A stretch of 64,000 nt of DNA from Phoronis australis (taxonomy: Eukaryota; Animalia; Phoronida), in contig NMRA01000354.1 of NCBI GenBank assembly GCA_002633005.1, positions 124,001 to 188,000 on the forward strand. Reading direction: 5' to 3'. The notes below the pieces were generated by a model. That model was not told where the DNA came from and searched no databases. It saw nothing but the letters and a program-made list of their open reading frames with translations. This document shows, piece by piece, positions 24,101 to 39,100 of the stretch. The position numbers were made by a program, and so were the translations under genes. The first letter of the stretch is position 1. Each line of letters opens with the position of its first letter.

Positions 24101-27100
24101 CTCTGCAATCAATTGGGCAACAGGTTTTTAAAAGGCACATGCAAATTCTTTGTTGTAGACTCGTAGAACGATCAGAGCTGCACTCCAGGAAAGAGCAACA
24201 AGACTGCATGGTAGCAGTGAAGTTTGAGCAAGAACCAAATGAGGATAAGTTAGGTTGGTCCCATATGGCATCCATTTTGTATGCTCTCATTGTTCATCAC
24301 AATCATTGACGTTGGTTTGCAATTGGCTGAGTTTATCAATTACTTTTCACTTTTCAATTTTTTTGTGTAATACCTTTTTTTCACAGTCCAAACTATCATT
24401 GTCATACTTTTTTCTCCAGCAATGAATTGTCACCGCCATCTTGGTATTTTTGCAACAATTGCGCACTGTACGTATCACTTTCGGTTAAACAAGTACACCT
24501 GCCACGCCAGCAAACATGTTGTTTTAGGTCAAGATGGAGCAAATTATCAGTCTGTTGCTAAATGCCTTTTCATTGGTTCTCAAAGATTAAAATGAAACTA
24601 AGAAGAGGCATCACAAGGGTTTGCAATGTTTGGTGAAGTTGTGAATCTTTCTTGTTGTAGTCAATGCTGTGATCTCAGTAGCCTCTGTTTATCCCATCAC
24701 ATGGCACTGGCTAGTCATATTATAATTCTTTCCACATATACGTTCACCACATCAAGTTATGCTCTGTTGTGTTATCTCTTCCTGACAGTAATTTGTGATG
24801 TTAGCAGTCTCTACATCTGTGTCTGTGTCGACTACCTGATGGCATTGGCCAACTTCTTCATTGACGGCATGCCCAAACAACCAGTGGCTCCAGTTCTGAC
24901 TCAAGTTGAGAACATATCAACTGGTAGGCTATTTCTATTTTACATCAGACATTTTTTATTTTGCACTAAAACAATATACAAAATTGTCAATTTTTCTCTT
25001 TTTTCTGATGCTGATTACGTTGTTACAAATAATGGAAATCGGATTACTACATTTTGTTATAACATCTACACAGTGAGAATCAAGCTTACAATAGACAAAA
25101 AATTCAAACTCTTTATTTTTGAAGAGAAATTTGAAAAAAAATTTTACTTGCCCATCAAATTGCATGCTTAAAATGGTGAAGAATTACTGAGTGTATGCTT
25201 GGTAACAATTGGTGTGTTTATTAGTCTGTGTCATGTGAGTTAAATTAAGATTGTCTGTGTGAGGACAGCCGCTATAAAACCTGCGATCATCAAACTTGAG
25301 AGAGATTGGACTCACTTTGAAAAAGCTTCCAAATCTCAGGATATTTATTATTTCTTACAGTAAATGCTCACGCACTGGCACGTGAAGACACGTAACATTA
25401 ATATTGCTTTTGCAGACAGCAGCAACCAAATTGTTGAGGGAGGGGGCCAAACTAATGCTCCCACCACCCCATGTCGTGCATGTTCTTCAGTTCACTTCTT
25501 ATTCTTGTCCTTCTAGTTGAACATGCCCCAGCTGTGCCGCCGACGTCTGCGACACGCGTGATGTTGAAGGTGGCCAAGCCAGAGATTTATCTGGTGGAGG
25601 ATGCCATGAACCCTGATACAAAGGCACTTTTGCTCGATGTGAGTTGTGTTGAACAAGACATTTTCGAGATTTTATATATCTCTGTCTCTCTAGTAACACT
25701 TCACACTCAAAGTGGAGTATCCCTAAGTAGCGCATGTTATGAAATTGGTGACTGGAGAGACGTGGGCATGGCACCAATCTGCTGGAACCACACTAGATGA
25801 CAGGGAGGCATTAAGGATGCCAGTCGGTAAGGGAGCTATAGGGCCTGATGGTTCCTGAAGAACTTAGGGAAGATATTGGCTGAACCTGGGGACTGGTTCT
25901 GAGTGGGAAGTAGTTTTTCAACTCCATTGATGTCAATCATAGAGTGTGGGATGGTTTCATGAGGACTGTCTCTGAGATCTGGCATTATAGAGCTATCGTC
26001 AACAGTGAAGACTGAGCAAAATTGGTTATTGAGAATTTTCTGTCTTAAATTGTGCATTGTATGATGAGAAGTTATATTACAGGATCTGGTCATTTTTTTC
26101 TTATGGTCTGAACTAAAAATTCGTGGAATGAGATGGGGAACGTTTTGCAATTATACTAGACAATGGGGAGACATTTAACTTGCCGTAAGAAATCTTGTAT
26201 TTATGAAATGAGATGTTACAATTTCTTCCAAAAAATCAGTCTCTGCTTTGTCGACCAATCACCTCCGTGGTGGCCATTTTGTAAATGGCGGTTTACCTAG
26301 TGGTCATGTGTGAAAATTTAACCCTTGACTCAGAAATGTAATCTTGTGCGATCACGGCAAAATTACTAGAGTTCCCTTGCCTTTATAGCAATCTTTAAAC
26401 ACAGCAATAGATCGACTTGGCTTTTGCACATAACATCTTCATTGGAATTTTTATCATATTCATCTATACTCCCAAAATATGTTAAGATGGACAGGAGAAC
26501 ATGTCGCGTAACTTTATTTCCCATGATGCTAATTGTGAAGTCTCTAACTTGTTGCAGATGGAAGTTGACTTCAAGATGCAGATAACAGAAGACAGTCAAA
26601 GCATGAGTGGAGGGGTCAGAGACTTGCAGCTCATCTCGTGTGCTTACAAGAAGGAACTTCGCGACAAAACTAAGGCACAGGCAAGGAATTTTTAGTAAAG
26701 CCATTTTCATTTTTCGATTGGACAATTCATAAATGAATACTATAAGAACGTTATTGCCAAGACATTAAGACTGGTTATTGTTATATTGAAGCAATTTTAT
26801 TTTTAATTACAACATGAATAGTGTTTGTTCAAACCAAAGAATCATTAACTGACTTAACTTATTCTGCCATATTCAGATGTCTTTGCACTGATTAATGCTT
26901 TTCTGTGTAAACAGTATTATAATAATTAAAGACAACAATCATTTTTAATCCTGACATGTTTCATGGGAACAGTTGCCACATCTTCTATTGTTACTCTCAA
27001 ATAACAAGCTTAGAGCTATATACAAAAAAATCAGCGCAACTGCTGTAAAGTAACTTTACTTCACAGGGTTTGTCTGTTAAACAAAGCATTACTTCAAGAC

Positions 27101-30100
27101 TCATGATAGACGCAATTTTCTGTTGTTTTTATTTCAGATCCTTAATCCATGCGATGTATCCTTCCACATGAACATGTCTCATGGTAAAGCACCACACATA
27201 GACATCAGTATGACCGACCTACTGCTTCACGTGTCGCCAGCGACGATAGGAATCATCTCCGCTGTTTCTACCAACATTACTCCCAAGACCGTATGTGTTT
27301 GAGTGATATGGACTGAAATTAGATTGTTTTATTACTATACGAGTTCATTTTAATTATGAAAGACTTTTTTAGAATTATTTTGTATGCTCTTGTGTATAAA
27401 TGTATGAGACATTTGCTATCATTTAGCCCATTCTTTCTACAAATTGTTCCGTCCTTGTGACACATTTAGCAGCCACCAAAGGAGGGAACGAACAGGCAGA
27501 TCTCTCCAATTTAGGACACAATATGGTGAACAAGTGAAATTTCATTAATCTTTAGTCTTATTTTATCCTTAAAAGCTTAGATGTCATCAAATAAATGTTT
27601 CGCTTCTTCTAAATTCGGTAACACATTCAATGGACATTACAGTAGTTTTCAAAGTTTTTGAAAAATGTACAGCAAGCAAAGTTCGTTATTATTTTGTCCG
27701 AAATAGACCTATCTTACAGTTGCCATTTAAAAAATGAGCCTCTTTTAGGTTTAAAAACAATGCATTTGAGACTTAAATATTTACGAGGCATGCAAAAAAT
27801 CACGTTTTTCACTGTGATTTAGCGCGGAATGCTTCATTTTTAAACCTTAAATGAAACTCTTTGTAACATGGCGATTGAGTGAAGAAGGTGTTTAAGTGAG
27901 ATTTTATCTTATCTGTATTGTGCATTGTATGTCAGCACCTCAATGTGAATAACGGACATTATGTGTTTGTTATAGGACGTTGAAGAGAAGAAGCCTGAAG
28001 CGATACCTAAAGATCTGTGGCTGGTCAAGAAATTGAAGGACTGCGATTTCTGGTTCATGAAACTTGGTCAGTTGTTTGTTATTGAAAGCTTGAAACGATA
28101 AGGAGCAAATGGTGGTTTTGAAACCACAACTTCAGCGCCTGAGACCACCAATTTTACTGGAGATTTGAATCAAATTTACCAATCGCATCTTGAGAAGTTT
28201 GAAGGTTTAATTTCAGCATGCCTGATGATTAGTCGACTTCAGCTGAGTTTTTGTTAACGTTAGAGTTCACATGGCTTAACCTTAGTTCTCTCAAGGATGC
28301 ATACGAATTGTTCATTTCTATGTCATGTGATTTCAATTTCTAGGGACTGATGAGACACCTGGTGATACCGTCGAGCTCCCTGTGGACGAAGACATCCTTC
28401 CCTTACCAAAGGGTGAACAGGTGTGTCCTGGTTCTGTGTGCCTTTCCATTTACAGCTAGGCTTGCAGCTATTGACTTGACTTTGATTGTAGAATAGACCT
28501 TGGCAACTTCAGGTGTTTCTGTATAGTAAGGTGTGCTGGAGTGTGCCGTTAACTCTGGTTAGCCACAGAGTGTGTTGGTCATTACAGTCATTGAGTAATG
28601 AGTTTCATAAACATTTAGATCTCAACACGGTTACCTTATCTTTGACTGGGTGTGTAACTATCCCATTTCTTTTACACTGCGTTTTATAAAAAATGTATCA
28701 ACCATGCTTGTTACTGCGGATCGGGTGTGGATGGTTGGGCTTATCAGTGTACGAGTGTACGCTGTGTAATGGTTCGTGATTATTATGCCTACCACGGTTG
28801 TCTGTGGATGGGGCGCGGGTGGTCCATTACACTGCGTGGTATTTCATTGTAGATCATGATCAATGTGCCTACCATAGTTGTGACTCTGGAGGGCGGTGTA
28901 GGTGGTCGGACCGTTCCATTCCTCATTCTGGAGGCCACAGCTAGAGCTGAAGTGAAAGACTGGAGTTCTCAAGTAAGCAGTTGCCATTACCATCTGGAGA
29001 GTGAACACAAAATATTTTTGACGTAGATATTGTCTCCTGTTGTGTACTTCACACCCGATAGCTCTTAGGCTAGTTTGAGTTAGTTAAACAAGATATCATA
29101 TTTAGTTGTGATAAATTCTAATTTTAACAAAATAAATTACTCTTTTCATTTTAAAGTCTTCGAATGTGGTTGTGAATGCCAGCAATGTGAAAACATTGTT
29201 TGGTGTTGGTAGCTGTTTTACAGAGTTTGAACATGAAAAGCATTGAATGGTGCTACATCAGTGATACGGGAAAAATGAGAAAATTAAATTTTACTTTAAT
29301 GTTCACCATACTTGAGTTGGTGACATTTTACTGTCTGAATATTCTTGCAAAACAAAAAACTTCAGCCCAGTTTCACCTTTAGCCTTGACAAGTCACGTGT
29401 CTTTCATAATTATCTAGTTGGTGATCTATTGCTAGAAAAGTAATTGTCACTTACAGGAGTCATGGGTTTGGAGAACCAGTTTCCTCCACTTAATAATGTG
29501 TAATCAAACTGGTTGTCAATATCCAGAACTCCAATCTATGGGATGTTGATATACGTTCATTTCTTGCTGGTGCTGATGGAATAAATGCAGCGGCTTTTCC
29601 ATCGGTTTCGTTTCTAGGCAATTAGGGATTGTGTGGCAAGAAGTAGAATTTTGTAAAAAAAAGTTTCTTTTAAGTTGAAAGAGTTCATTTTGGAATAACA
29701 TGGAAATCGAAATTTCTTGTGAAATCTACACACCAAAAGTGTCAAAGAAAATACCATTTCCATGTCAGAATGTGTAACGAACCGTCATGGCAAGTCAGTC
29801 TAGCTCCTCTGATTGTGAATTAAGCTTTAAATCGGGCATCATGACATTGTGGCTGGGAATTCTTCTTGTGGTCAGCCGTTAGGATGGGAAATTTTGACTT
29901 ATTTTGTCTGGTTGTTGTCGGCGTGAACTACTTTTCAGCCAGTTGTAATATTCCACTAAAGTAAGAAAAACACAAAATTGCAATCTGTTGTCACTGACAT
30001 TGAGCTCGAGCTCCCGGCAATATGAACATTACAAGACCATCGTTTGCGAACTGACCAAACTCCCAATTCGAAATTCAGCTCGCACACGCAGATCCCAGGT

Positions 30101-33100
30101 TGCACAACTTTGACCCCCCAAAATGCTTTGAGGGCATTTTTCAGTGTTGCGTTATTGTGACACGCATTTTTTCCTTTTAAGTAAAAAAGCGCTGATGAGA
30201 CATTTTCGGGTGATGTGACTCGGCTCACCTGGGTTGGAATGCATAAGTTCCAGACACTCGACTAATGCGAGTTGGCCAAAACCTCAACTCATATTTCTTC
30301 AGGCCGCAGATACAGCCTGCATCTCATTATCTCGACCCCTGGGACATGAATTTTCTTTCCAACTTTGTGACCTAAGAGAAGTCTTGGGTCAAAGCTGTGA
30401 CTTCATCATCACTATATCCAATCCAATGCATATCTTATGTATTGTCTGCTCAGTCCTCTCCCTCCAGTTCTTTGATTCGGAAGTCTCTCTTGGCTCCAGA
30501 AATTTCCCATTCCCCTCTACCTTTGGCTTGTCATAGACGGATAGTTTGTGACTTTTGACTTGTCTCTGTTGCAGCTGTACGTGAGTGCCTTCTCAAGTGT
30601 AGAAGTTGCGTATTACAACGAACGTCTGGCTGTCTGGGAGCCTCTGTTGGAACCAGTGCAGGATGGGCATAGTCACCGGCCATGGGAGCTTACTCTTGAG
30701 GTAAGTGTTGGAGTGATATGCAAACGAGGAACTCAAAGTTTAGTAGACTATGGTATAATGGTCTTGCCTGTAAAAATGCATTCATTCATTGTCTATTTGG
30801 TAGTTTCTGGAATAATGAATCGTGGGAGAAAACTGGGAGTGTCTTGCGAGTGTCTTGTGCCATAACACACTGCCCTGTTTGAGTGAGCTCATGCTGGTGA
30901 GCCTGTTCTCAGTCCATTCTTATGATTCCGGTATGATTAGAGCTTGCGAGTGTCTTGTGTCACGACACAGAGTCTTGTTTGAGTGCTTTCATGCTGGTGA
31001 ATCTGTTCTTGATTATGATTTGAGTGCACCACCTAGTGAAAATGAAGACTTAGATGAATTACATCCCTCATACAAACATTGGCCAGCTTGACACAAACAT
31101 TTTCATTAACTTGCTTGTCAGGCAAGTAAACCATAAATTTCACTTTCCTGAAGGAAAAACTTGCTTGTCCAAATTATTGATTTGTAAGGCCGTCAAGTAA
31201 ACAATCATCAAGAAGTTTGCAAGTTCTGATGTGTATCATTAGATCTGAATCTACAAATTCACTGTTCAGATTAACTGGCCCCTCAGTTTTGCTGACTTGA
31301 AATTTCACTTGCCCGACAGTAAACATTACCTGCTGTCGGACTGCCAGCTACTGATAGTGTGAAGACCCACCTTTTGTGGTAGGTTGAGGGACTAGTGTAA
31401 AAATGTTATATTTGTTAGACAGTCAGTCAATCATAGTCATTTCTTGAGCTTGGAGAAGGAGCTAAGTGTGTTATTAGCAGCATATCCATGCAGCCATAGA
31501 AGACACTCAGATATAGTCATTTGTCATGAATGTTCGTTCTTGAGTTAGAAGGTAATCGACAATTACAAGTCACACTTCAAGTGGGGGAGGAGTTAGCGTC
31601 TGTCAATCAAAGGATCTTTCTCTAAAAAAGGTATGGGCTAGTAATGTAGAATGTAAATTACTGGCATTATTGTCAAATTCTGTGGGAACTCACTTTTGGG
31701 GTAGGAATAGAGGCTGGCATAAAATTACGTGACTTCTCAATGTCAGTCATATTAACATGTGGAGGAAAGACAGTTAATAGCTAATTACTATTTTTCAGGT
31801 AATAACATTCAATTTGTCTTATGGCTTGTTTTCAAAGGAAGGATATTTTGAAAAGTTTACCCCTATCCAAGCAGTTCTCCGTTATATAGCACAACTTTTT
31901 TTCACCTACAGGTGATGAAAAATGACGAGTTTGCTGGAGACGATGAATTTGACCTAGAGCCTGATACATACGTTGCTCCCGCTCCCCAAATGACCATCAG
32001 AGTGTCCAGCAGTGACATACTACAGCTGACTATGTCCAAGACATGTCTGGAGGTGTTGACTAGACTGGGCAAGGTGAGGTGTGAGACAAAGGTGTATTGC
32101 AGTCTAAGGTATTACGTGTTAAGTTTGTTGGAAAAATGCAATCTGCATGCCTTTAACTAGGTAAGGTATTGAAGTATTACCCGCATCTAAAGTAGTGTTA
32201 GAACTGACCCTTTTGATGGTAAAGACATCACTGAACCCAACATTGCAAAATGGTCTGTGTTTTCTGAATTGAGGCAAATGATGTGGTATTTCTGATGTCA
32301 ACTGAGATGGGTCAGTAGCTATCTTTTTTACCCAGTGCCACCTGGTGTCATCTTTGAGAGGCAGGTTTCAAACTGAACCAGGTGCTGACCAGAACCAATT
32401 AATGTTAATTTTGACTGGAGTTAATTGTTTGAAACCATTAAGTGGACGCAGACGATAAACATGAATGATAGGTTGTGTTAAATTTATTGCTGAAGAATAG
32501 CATTTGGCAAGTCTTCACTTATTTCGATCAAAAATTACTGTTTTTCAAAATCTGATTTTTTTTGGCTGCAGGCAATGGGCCATTGCCTACGAGTACATTT
32601 AATTTACTAAGAGTAATGATACAGTGTTATTTTGCCTATTGTAGTCCTTCGGAGATGCTTACCACTTGGTTTCACCTATTGTGAAGCCTGGCGAGATCCG
32701 CGCACCATTTTTGATAAAGAATGAATGTGGTCTTCTTGTGAAAGTTGTATTGCCAGACTCCTTTGAGGTGAGTGTTGTATGGAGCTTTGTTATTGGTCAG
32801 TTTATATGTATTGAGCTCTTTGTATGGAGCACTCCTATTGGCCAGTTTGTACCTAATGGGATTTTCTTTACAGTTGTCTGATTTTTCTGATCGAAATATA
32901 TTTCAGAATCTGTAATTAATGGGTTTATTTTTAGCACTTAGCATATTAAAAGCATGTCTCGATTATTGTTTCTGTGAACTTGGTTTCTTTTTGCCAAAAA
33001 TGTGCGCTGCATTTATAATTCCGTCTGTCTTCTAGGTGCCTGCTACTGCTGACTCCAACAGACTGTGCCTTATGGAGGCTGGTGATCAACTGCCACTGAC

Positions 33101-36100
33101 CACGGTCAAATCAAGTAAGAAGACATTGAAGAAACAAGAGACAGTCATCTCAAAACATCAGACAGCAGATGATGTCAAGCTGTTCCAAGTCACGGTTCGT
33201 AAAAAGTCTTTTCTGGCTGTCATCTGGAAAATGTGATATACTTATTATGACTATGCGTAATTTTTCACTTATTTCACTCAAAAATAATTCTCAAGATTGT
33301 CATTTGTGAAAAGTTGATTGCCATGCTGGAAATTTTGGAAACTGTCGAATGTCAGTTTATGACGTGTAAAACTGACAATAGGGGGCACTTTTCTTATTCT
33401 ATTTTCTTAACATAATGTAGGTGTAGGTCTTGCGTCATACAGGAATTTCATAATATATTGATAATAAGACCTGCCTACTCAACTGAATATTATTCTTTTT
33501 TCTTGTGATTTTTTCAGAATAAAATTTTACTTTTTAATGAAATAACGATTGTTAGCTCAAATATAACCCTGACGCTGATATGTATCACTATACATACTAT
33601 GTAACAGTGCCAGCTATGAACATTCATTCCACTAACATTTCAGTCGTCTACCATGTGTTGTGCTGAAATAGAATCACCTAAAAAGCAGTCCTAAGAATTT
33701 GAGATATTACACTCATTTGTACGCAGCAATTGTAATTAAAGTTATCATGTACCATCAGCCTAACAGCTGAAAGCAAGTCTATTTTATAGCACCCATTTTT
33801 TCAGAGGGGCATTCATCATGAGGTGGTTTTTTAGTGATGTAGGTGGTACCAAAACCTGTATATGTGTGTTAGGGACGGTTCTCATTTACCACCATTTGCA
33901 TGAGCGATAGTACAATCCGTGTGCTTTTCCATGTTCTTGAAAATGTACTAAGTTGGCGATAGTTTTCCGTGTATGTGTTAAAACTGAAAGTGTACTTTTA
34001 AGTTAATTCCCAGTATTGATTTGTACAGTGACGTGGTATAAAAAAACTTTATTTTCAAACCTTGTTTCATGTATTTTGTTACATTCAATACGCGAGCACT
34101 CATGATAAGAAGGCTTTAGTGCTTTTTTCATAGTTAAAAATTGTTATTAGTGTCTGAAAAATTAATTTTGTAAGGCATTGATTAAAATGTTATGTTTCAG
34201 ATAGGGGATGTGACACGTCAGTTGAGTATCCACAAGGCCGAGAAGCGCTGCTTCGCCATTGATGGCTCGCGAGAATTTGTCAGCCAAGTAGAGGCTCTCT
34301 ATGGCTACCGTGCAGTAACTTTACGGTCTCCAGTTCAGGTGAGTTCCCTTTCTCTGTTAAAGTTGTGCATAAAAGCTGAGCTGGATGCACGTCGTAGCTG
34401 TGACATCTTGACAGAATGGTTTGTGGAAAGCTTTAACTTTCATCAGTTTTGGTTTTAATAAAATTGTTTCCGTATTGTTGTTGGGCAATACATATTCAAG
34501 TGGCAGTGGTGTAAAAAAATTTCGGAGTAGTTGAGCCTAAGTATGAGCACAAAAATGTAATTATTGTGCTCAATTTCCCCATCAATGCGCAATTGATACT
34601 ACAAAAAGCCATTCATTTGACTTCTAAACTAAAATGAGGTCTTATTTATCATCTACTAAAGCCAATGGCCCAAAGTACTATGGAAAATATAATTTTTTCA
34701 CAACCAACTATTTTGTGTAGTGCATTTAGTACATCTTGTTTCTTTTAAACACAATTTCTTGACAATTTCTGATGCTTTTTTGTTAAGATCGTGAATCACT
34801 TTGTGGTTGGCATGGAGGTGTGGTATAGGCTTAATGGCAAGAAGGTCAAGTGTGGTGAGATAGATAAGGACCAAACCTTCAGTCTCCCGCTGGATGTGGC
34901 GTATGCCAAGGAGAAACAGCTGTTCTTCAAGCCAGCCCTGGAAAAGTAAGTAACACTTTGGTCATAGAGTTTTTGTAAACTGTTCTCTCCATGTCCTTAT
35001 GTTATTCTGAAGGTAAATGCTAGAAGTGCCTTAAGATTTTTAATGCAGAAATACATTTTCTTGGTGTTGTAATGTAATCAGTCGAATACATCTCCGCCCT
35101 CGACCTGGCTAAAATCCAAGCTTCCAATTCCAAAATTGAGCTTGCACACAGACCTCTGATCGCACAACCTAAAAATGCTGCCGAGGTGATTTTTTTGGTG
35201 TTTCGGCATGCATACTTTCTGTTGAAGCATTTTTGGGTGATGTGGATCGGCTCGTAGGAGTTGGAGGACCCAAGTGACCCTCCTGCAACTTATGTGAGTT
35301 TGCCAATTTTTCAGCTCGCATTTCCAAATTTTCGAGTCGCAAATTGTGAGTCATTGTGTGGATCCCCACTAGTGATATGAGTAAGTGCTGTGAATTGTGC
35401 CAAGCTGAACCTCTAGCGATGAAATTTAAAAGAGAGGAAAATATGTCTCAATAGGTTTGAAATTACGACTTAAGCTACTCGTGCTATAAGATCACATCTT
35501 TGGATGTGTGCACGTTATAAATTTCTACGGACTCTGCGTGAATATGTTATTGGCAGTAGAACTGATAATTATGACTTAACATCATAAAAATATGAGACAT
35601 AAATTAAATGATGAAGAGTGAGAAATGCTGTTACAATATGATTCTCTTGATGCACCACCTCACAATAATCTGTCAAACGAATGACTATAGCATTTATATA
35701 CCTTACGGTAAATGTTCTCCAGTTTGGGACAGCCTCCAAAATTTGGGACACTGAAGTTAGAGCCAAAATTAAATTTTTTTGATTCTGATAGATTGGGACA
35801 ACAGTAATTTTGGTATTCGTCACGTGTCTTAAATATCGGACACTGCAATTTGTATGAACAAAGGCTGAGATATAATGATGGAAAATAGCTGCAAAATTCA
35901 TCTTGTTATTCTTGAATATGGGATTACCATTAATTGTCTGTTGAACTTAAGCTCCCGTCTTGAGCAAGATAATTAATTTTTCATTTTCCCAAACTGGAGA
36001 ATTTTTGTTGTAATTCATTTCTTTTCCAGGTACAAAGAGTCACATGGTTGTGTAGTGTGGGAAGACTTGAAGCCAAGTACATTAAGTGTTCTGCACTGTG

Positions 36101-39100
36101 AGGCGACCGAGTCTGGACACCCGCCCTTTTACTTCAATGTGAGTTTCAGTAAAGTTTTCTAAATTCAAACAAAACCAAATGCCAAATTTGTTTCAAAAGG
36201 TCACTATGTTGAAAAAATGCCCAAAATTTCATGTGTTTGTTGATGATAGCTGTACAATCAAAACTGCTAATAATTAATTAAGGTTTCCCTCTCGTTTTCT
36301 TTCGTTGAAAATTTTCACCGTTACGCCATTTAAATTCCAAATTGAAGCACCTTTTCTACCAGATGCTGCAAGATGTATTGTATTACGATCCCTTTCTACC
36401 TCAAACTTGTCGTTTGAAGTTCTTAATTGCTTGATTCTTAAAAAATGCTTAGTTTTGATTCCAAACAATTCAAAACCAATCAAAATGGTAAACAAGAATT
36501 CAGCAACCTTGAGCAAGGAGGAAATTACTTTTTAACGTCAAACATTTTAAGTGTTCATAACTCCTCTTTTTACAAATGAACTGGAGTTGTTTGGCCCCTT
36601 TGTGCTGTATTTAACTTGACTCCATTTACGTCCGCATCTTGGGTATGAGTTCGATAATAACTCATTTTGTGTTTATGAAAATTAATTGTTTGCCGAATAT
36701 GCTGGATCTGGATTCTTGGCCTTCGGTTGTAAAGTTGCTTTACGTTGCGGTGCACTGTTCTCATCATTTGCTGAACTATCGTGTTTCAGATCTTTCCTGA
36801 AGTGCAAGACATCTTACACGAGAACAGTAATCAACTGACGTCCAAGTCATATACCATTCACCTGCGGCCCACGGTTGTGTTCCACAATCAGCTGCCTCAT
36901 GACATCATCTACATACTCGAGGTATTTTATTATCAACGCAAAATTGTAACGTTGTTATGTCCTTAGAGGTATTGTAGTAATGTTTTGAAAATGGCTGAGT
37001 GTTCGTGAGTCTTGTTTATTTTTGTAGGAGTTATGCCAAAAACTTTAAAGGACATCTGGTGTAAAATTACAGTAATGTAATCCAAGAATTTTTGTTTCGA
37101 AATTTTTGCCAAGTTTTGTAATCAAGTGTCTGAGATTTTGTTAACGTTTTCATGTTGGCAGTTCTTTTGAATAAATTTGTAGATGTGTTGTGCTATGGGT
37201 AGAGTAGGAGCAGACGCACTGTGTACATGTCATCATTTTACATCTGATCATTTTGGTGGCAGATTTTTCAATAGAGAAAGTATTGCCTTAAATGTGATTT
37301 TTTTAAAGTCAGTTAGCTACATAGTGCCATTTACGTCTATCAACTCTATGTGGGATTTGATGTGAAATGGTGAAACTGTCGTCTGCTTCAAAATGAAAGG
37401 TATGCCAAATTGGGCTTCACTGTTATACTTGAGCATGTAACGTGTTCACAGGGTATGGAGAAGGAGATGTTTATGAGAGGAGGAGAGAGTTTCCCGTTCT
37501 TCAACGCCTGTATCAACAAGACAGCCATCCAGTTGAGGGTACGTGTCTCAAGTAATATTTTGTAGTCAGAGCTTGCATTATCAGGGATACTGTTGCACTG
37601 CATTCTCCAACAAATTTGATTCGGGAGATCGGACGGGCCGTGTGTAACTGTTACTGCTGAGAAGCAAGTACACAAATATGGTTATTCTCCACTTATTGAG
37701 CTCAATCACCTCACCTGTTACTGACAAAAATAGTTTCCAAAATTGATCTTTTTAGTTTTTGTAAATTGTTTGAATGCCCACAGTTTGTCAAAATGTTATA
37801 TAATGAAATAATATAGAATGAATGTTGGTCAATATTACGCTATGTTGGAAATTATTGCGCCGCGTTTCAGTCCGTCGGGAGTACAGAGCTGGACAAGTTT
37901 GATTGTTGTGTGACCTCAGGTGCATTGTTCAATAATAACAATGTTGCATGTGATAATGTGACCTCATTGTTGATGTGCAGCTTATAACTTTTATGCAAAT
38001 GGGTTCTGAAGTATCAGTGGCCATGTTATAATGTCTGATGCTTTGGTAAAGAACGTATAAAATGGTTAAGTATTTATTTCATGCAACTTATATGAAAATA
38101 ATGGTCTGCCCTATTGTGTCCTAATATGGTAAGATTTATACAAAACATTCTCAGCCAATATGGATGTATTTTGTATTTCATATTTGACATGTTCACATTT
38201 TTTATTTGAAAGAAGGGCAATTCTATTGATGAAAGTATTTCAATCAGTTTCAGAATGATTCTTTCTTGGCTTTTAATTTTGATGAAAACATAGTAAAGTT
38301 AAATAGCTGTCACGCGACTAGAAAAATTTAGCCAAAATCGTGTGTTCTTATTTAAAATACACAACATCTCGCGTAATCTTGCAAAGTTTGCTTTTCATCG
38401 AGGTCTTAGCGTAGGTCCTAGCATTACTGAACTCTACCCAGTTGTCCCTGGTTTAGTCACCCAGATAATTTTCTAATTCAGTCCTGCTTTAGTACAATGG
38501 TGTCGAAACAGCAGGGAATGGTGTCATGACCTTGTTTCTTTAGGAGAGATAAACAATAAAGTGGATGTCAGGGTTTATCCATTATCACCAAGTTTTTCAT
38601 TATTTGTCTGAGTGTCTTGGTGTTTTACAAAATTGCTATGCAAAACATGACAACTGAGTCACTGTAAAAATTACTGAGGTGGATTCAAAGTACAATTTAT
38701 GAGAGGTATTCCCCAGCCACTCTCAGTTCCCAAATAGAAATGTTGAATGCTTTGTGCCCTTTTGGACTTGAATAGGCAGTTACCCAGCACAGCTCCTGGT
38801 CTTCTGTTTTGAGATTAGGGAACAGAGATGGATTCCAACATAGCATCGCCTACAGCTAACAAAATGTTTACATCCAATGCAGGCCATTTTTTGACACTGC
38901 GTTAAGCCTTTACAGTCTTTGAATGACAAATATTGGTTAACTTTAAGAGAGTAAAGAAACTCATACAGTACAACAGCAGCTCCATGTTGTTTAGTCCCAA
39001 TCTTCCCTTTTTAGGTCTGCTAGGCTCAGTATAGTGGGACAAAGATTGGCTTCTTATACCCATAATAGACCACTTAATATCTGACTGATCGTAATCACCT

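Noticed and set aside
25416-25475. Possible extra exon [19 protein letters not shown] before exon 18
   Set aside because: Good acceptor but weak donors, a residual intron of only about 41-44 nt, and an in-frame stop on read-through.
38120-38129. Perfect CArG box CCTAATATGG 2.9 kb upstream of the nested gene
   Set aside because: Several CC(W)6GG matches are expected by chance in 64 kb of AT-rich DNA, and there is no supporting evidence.
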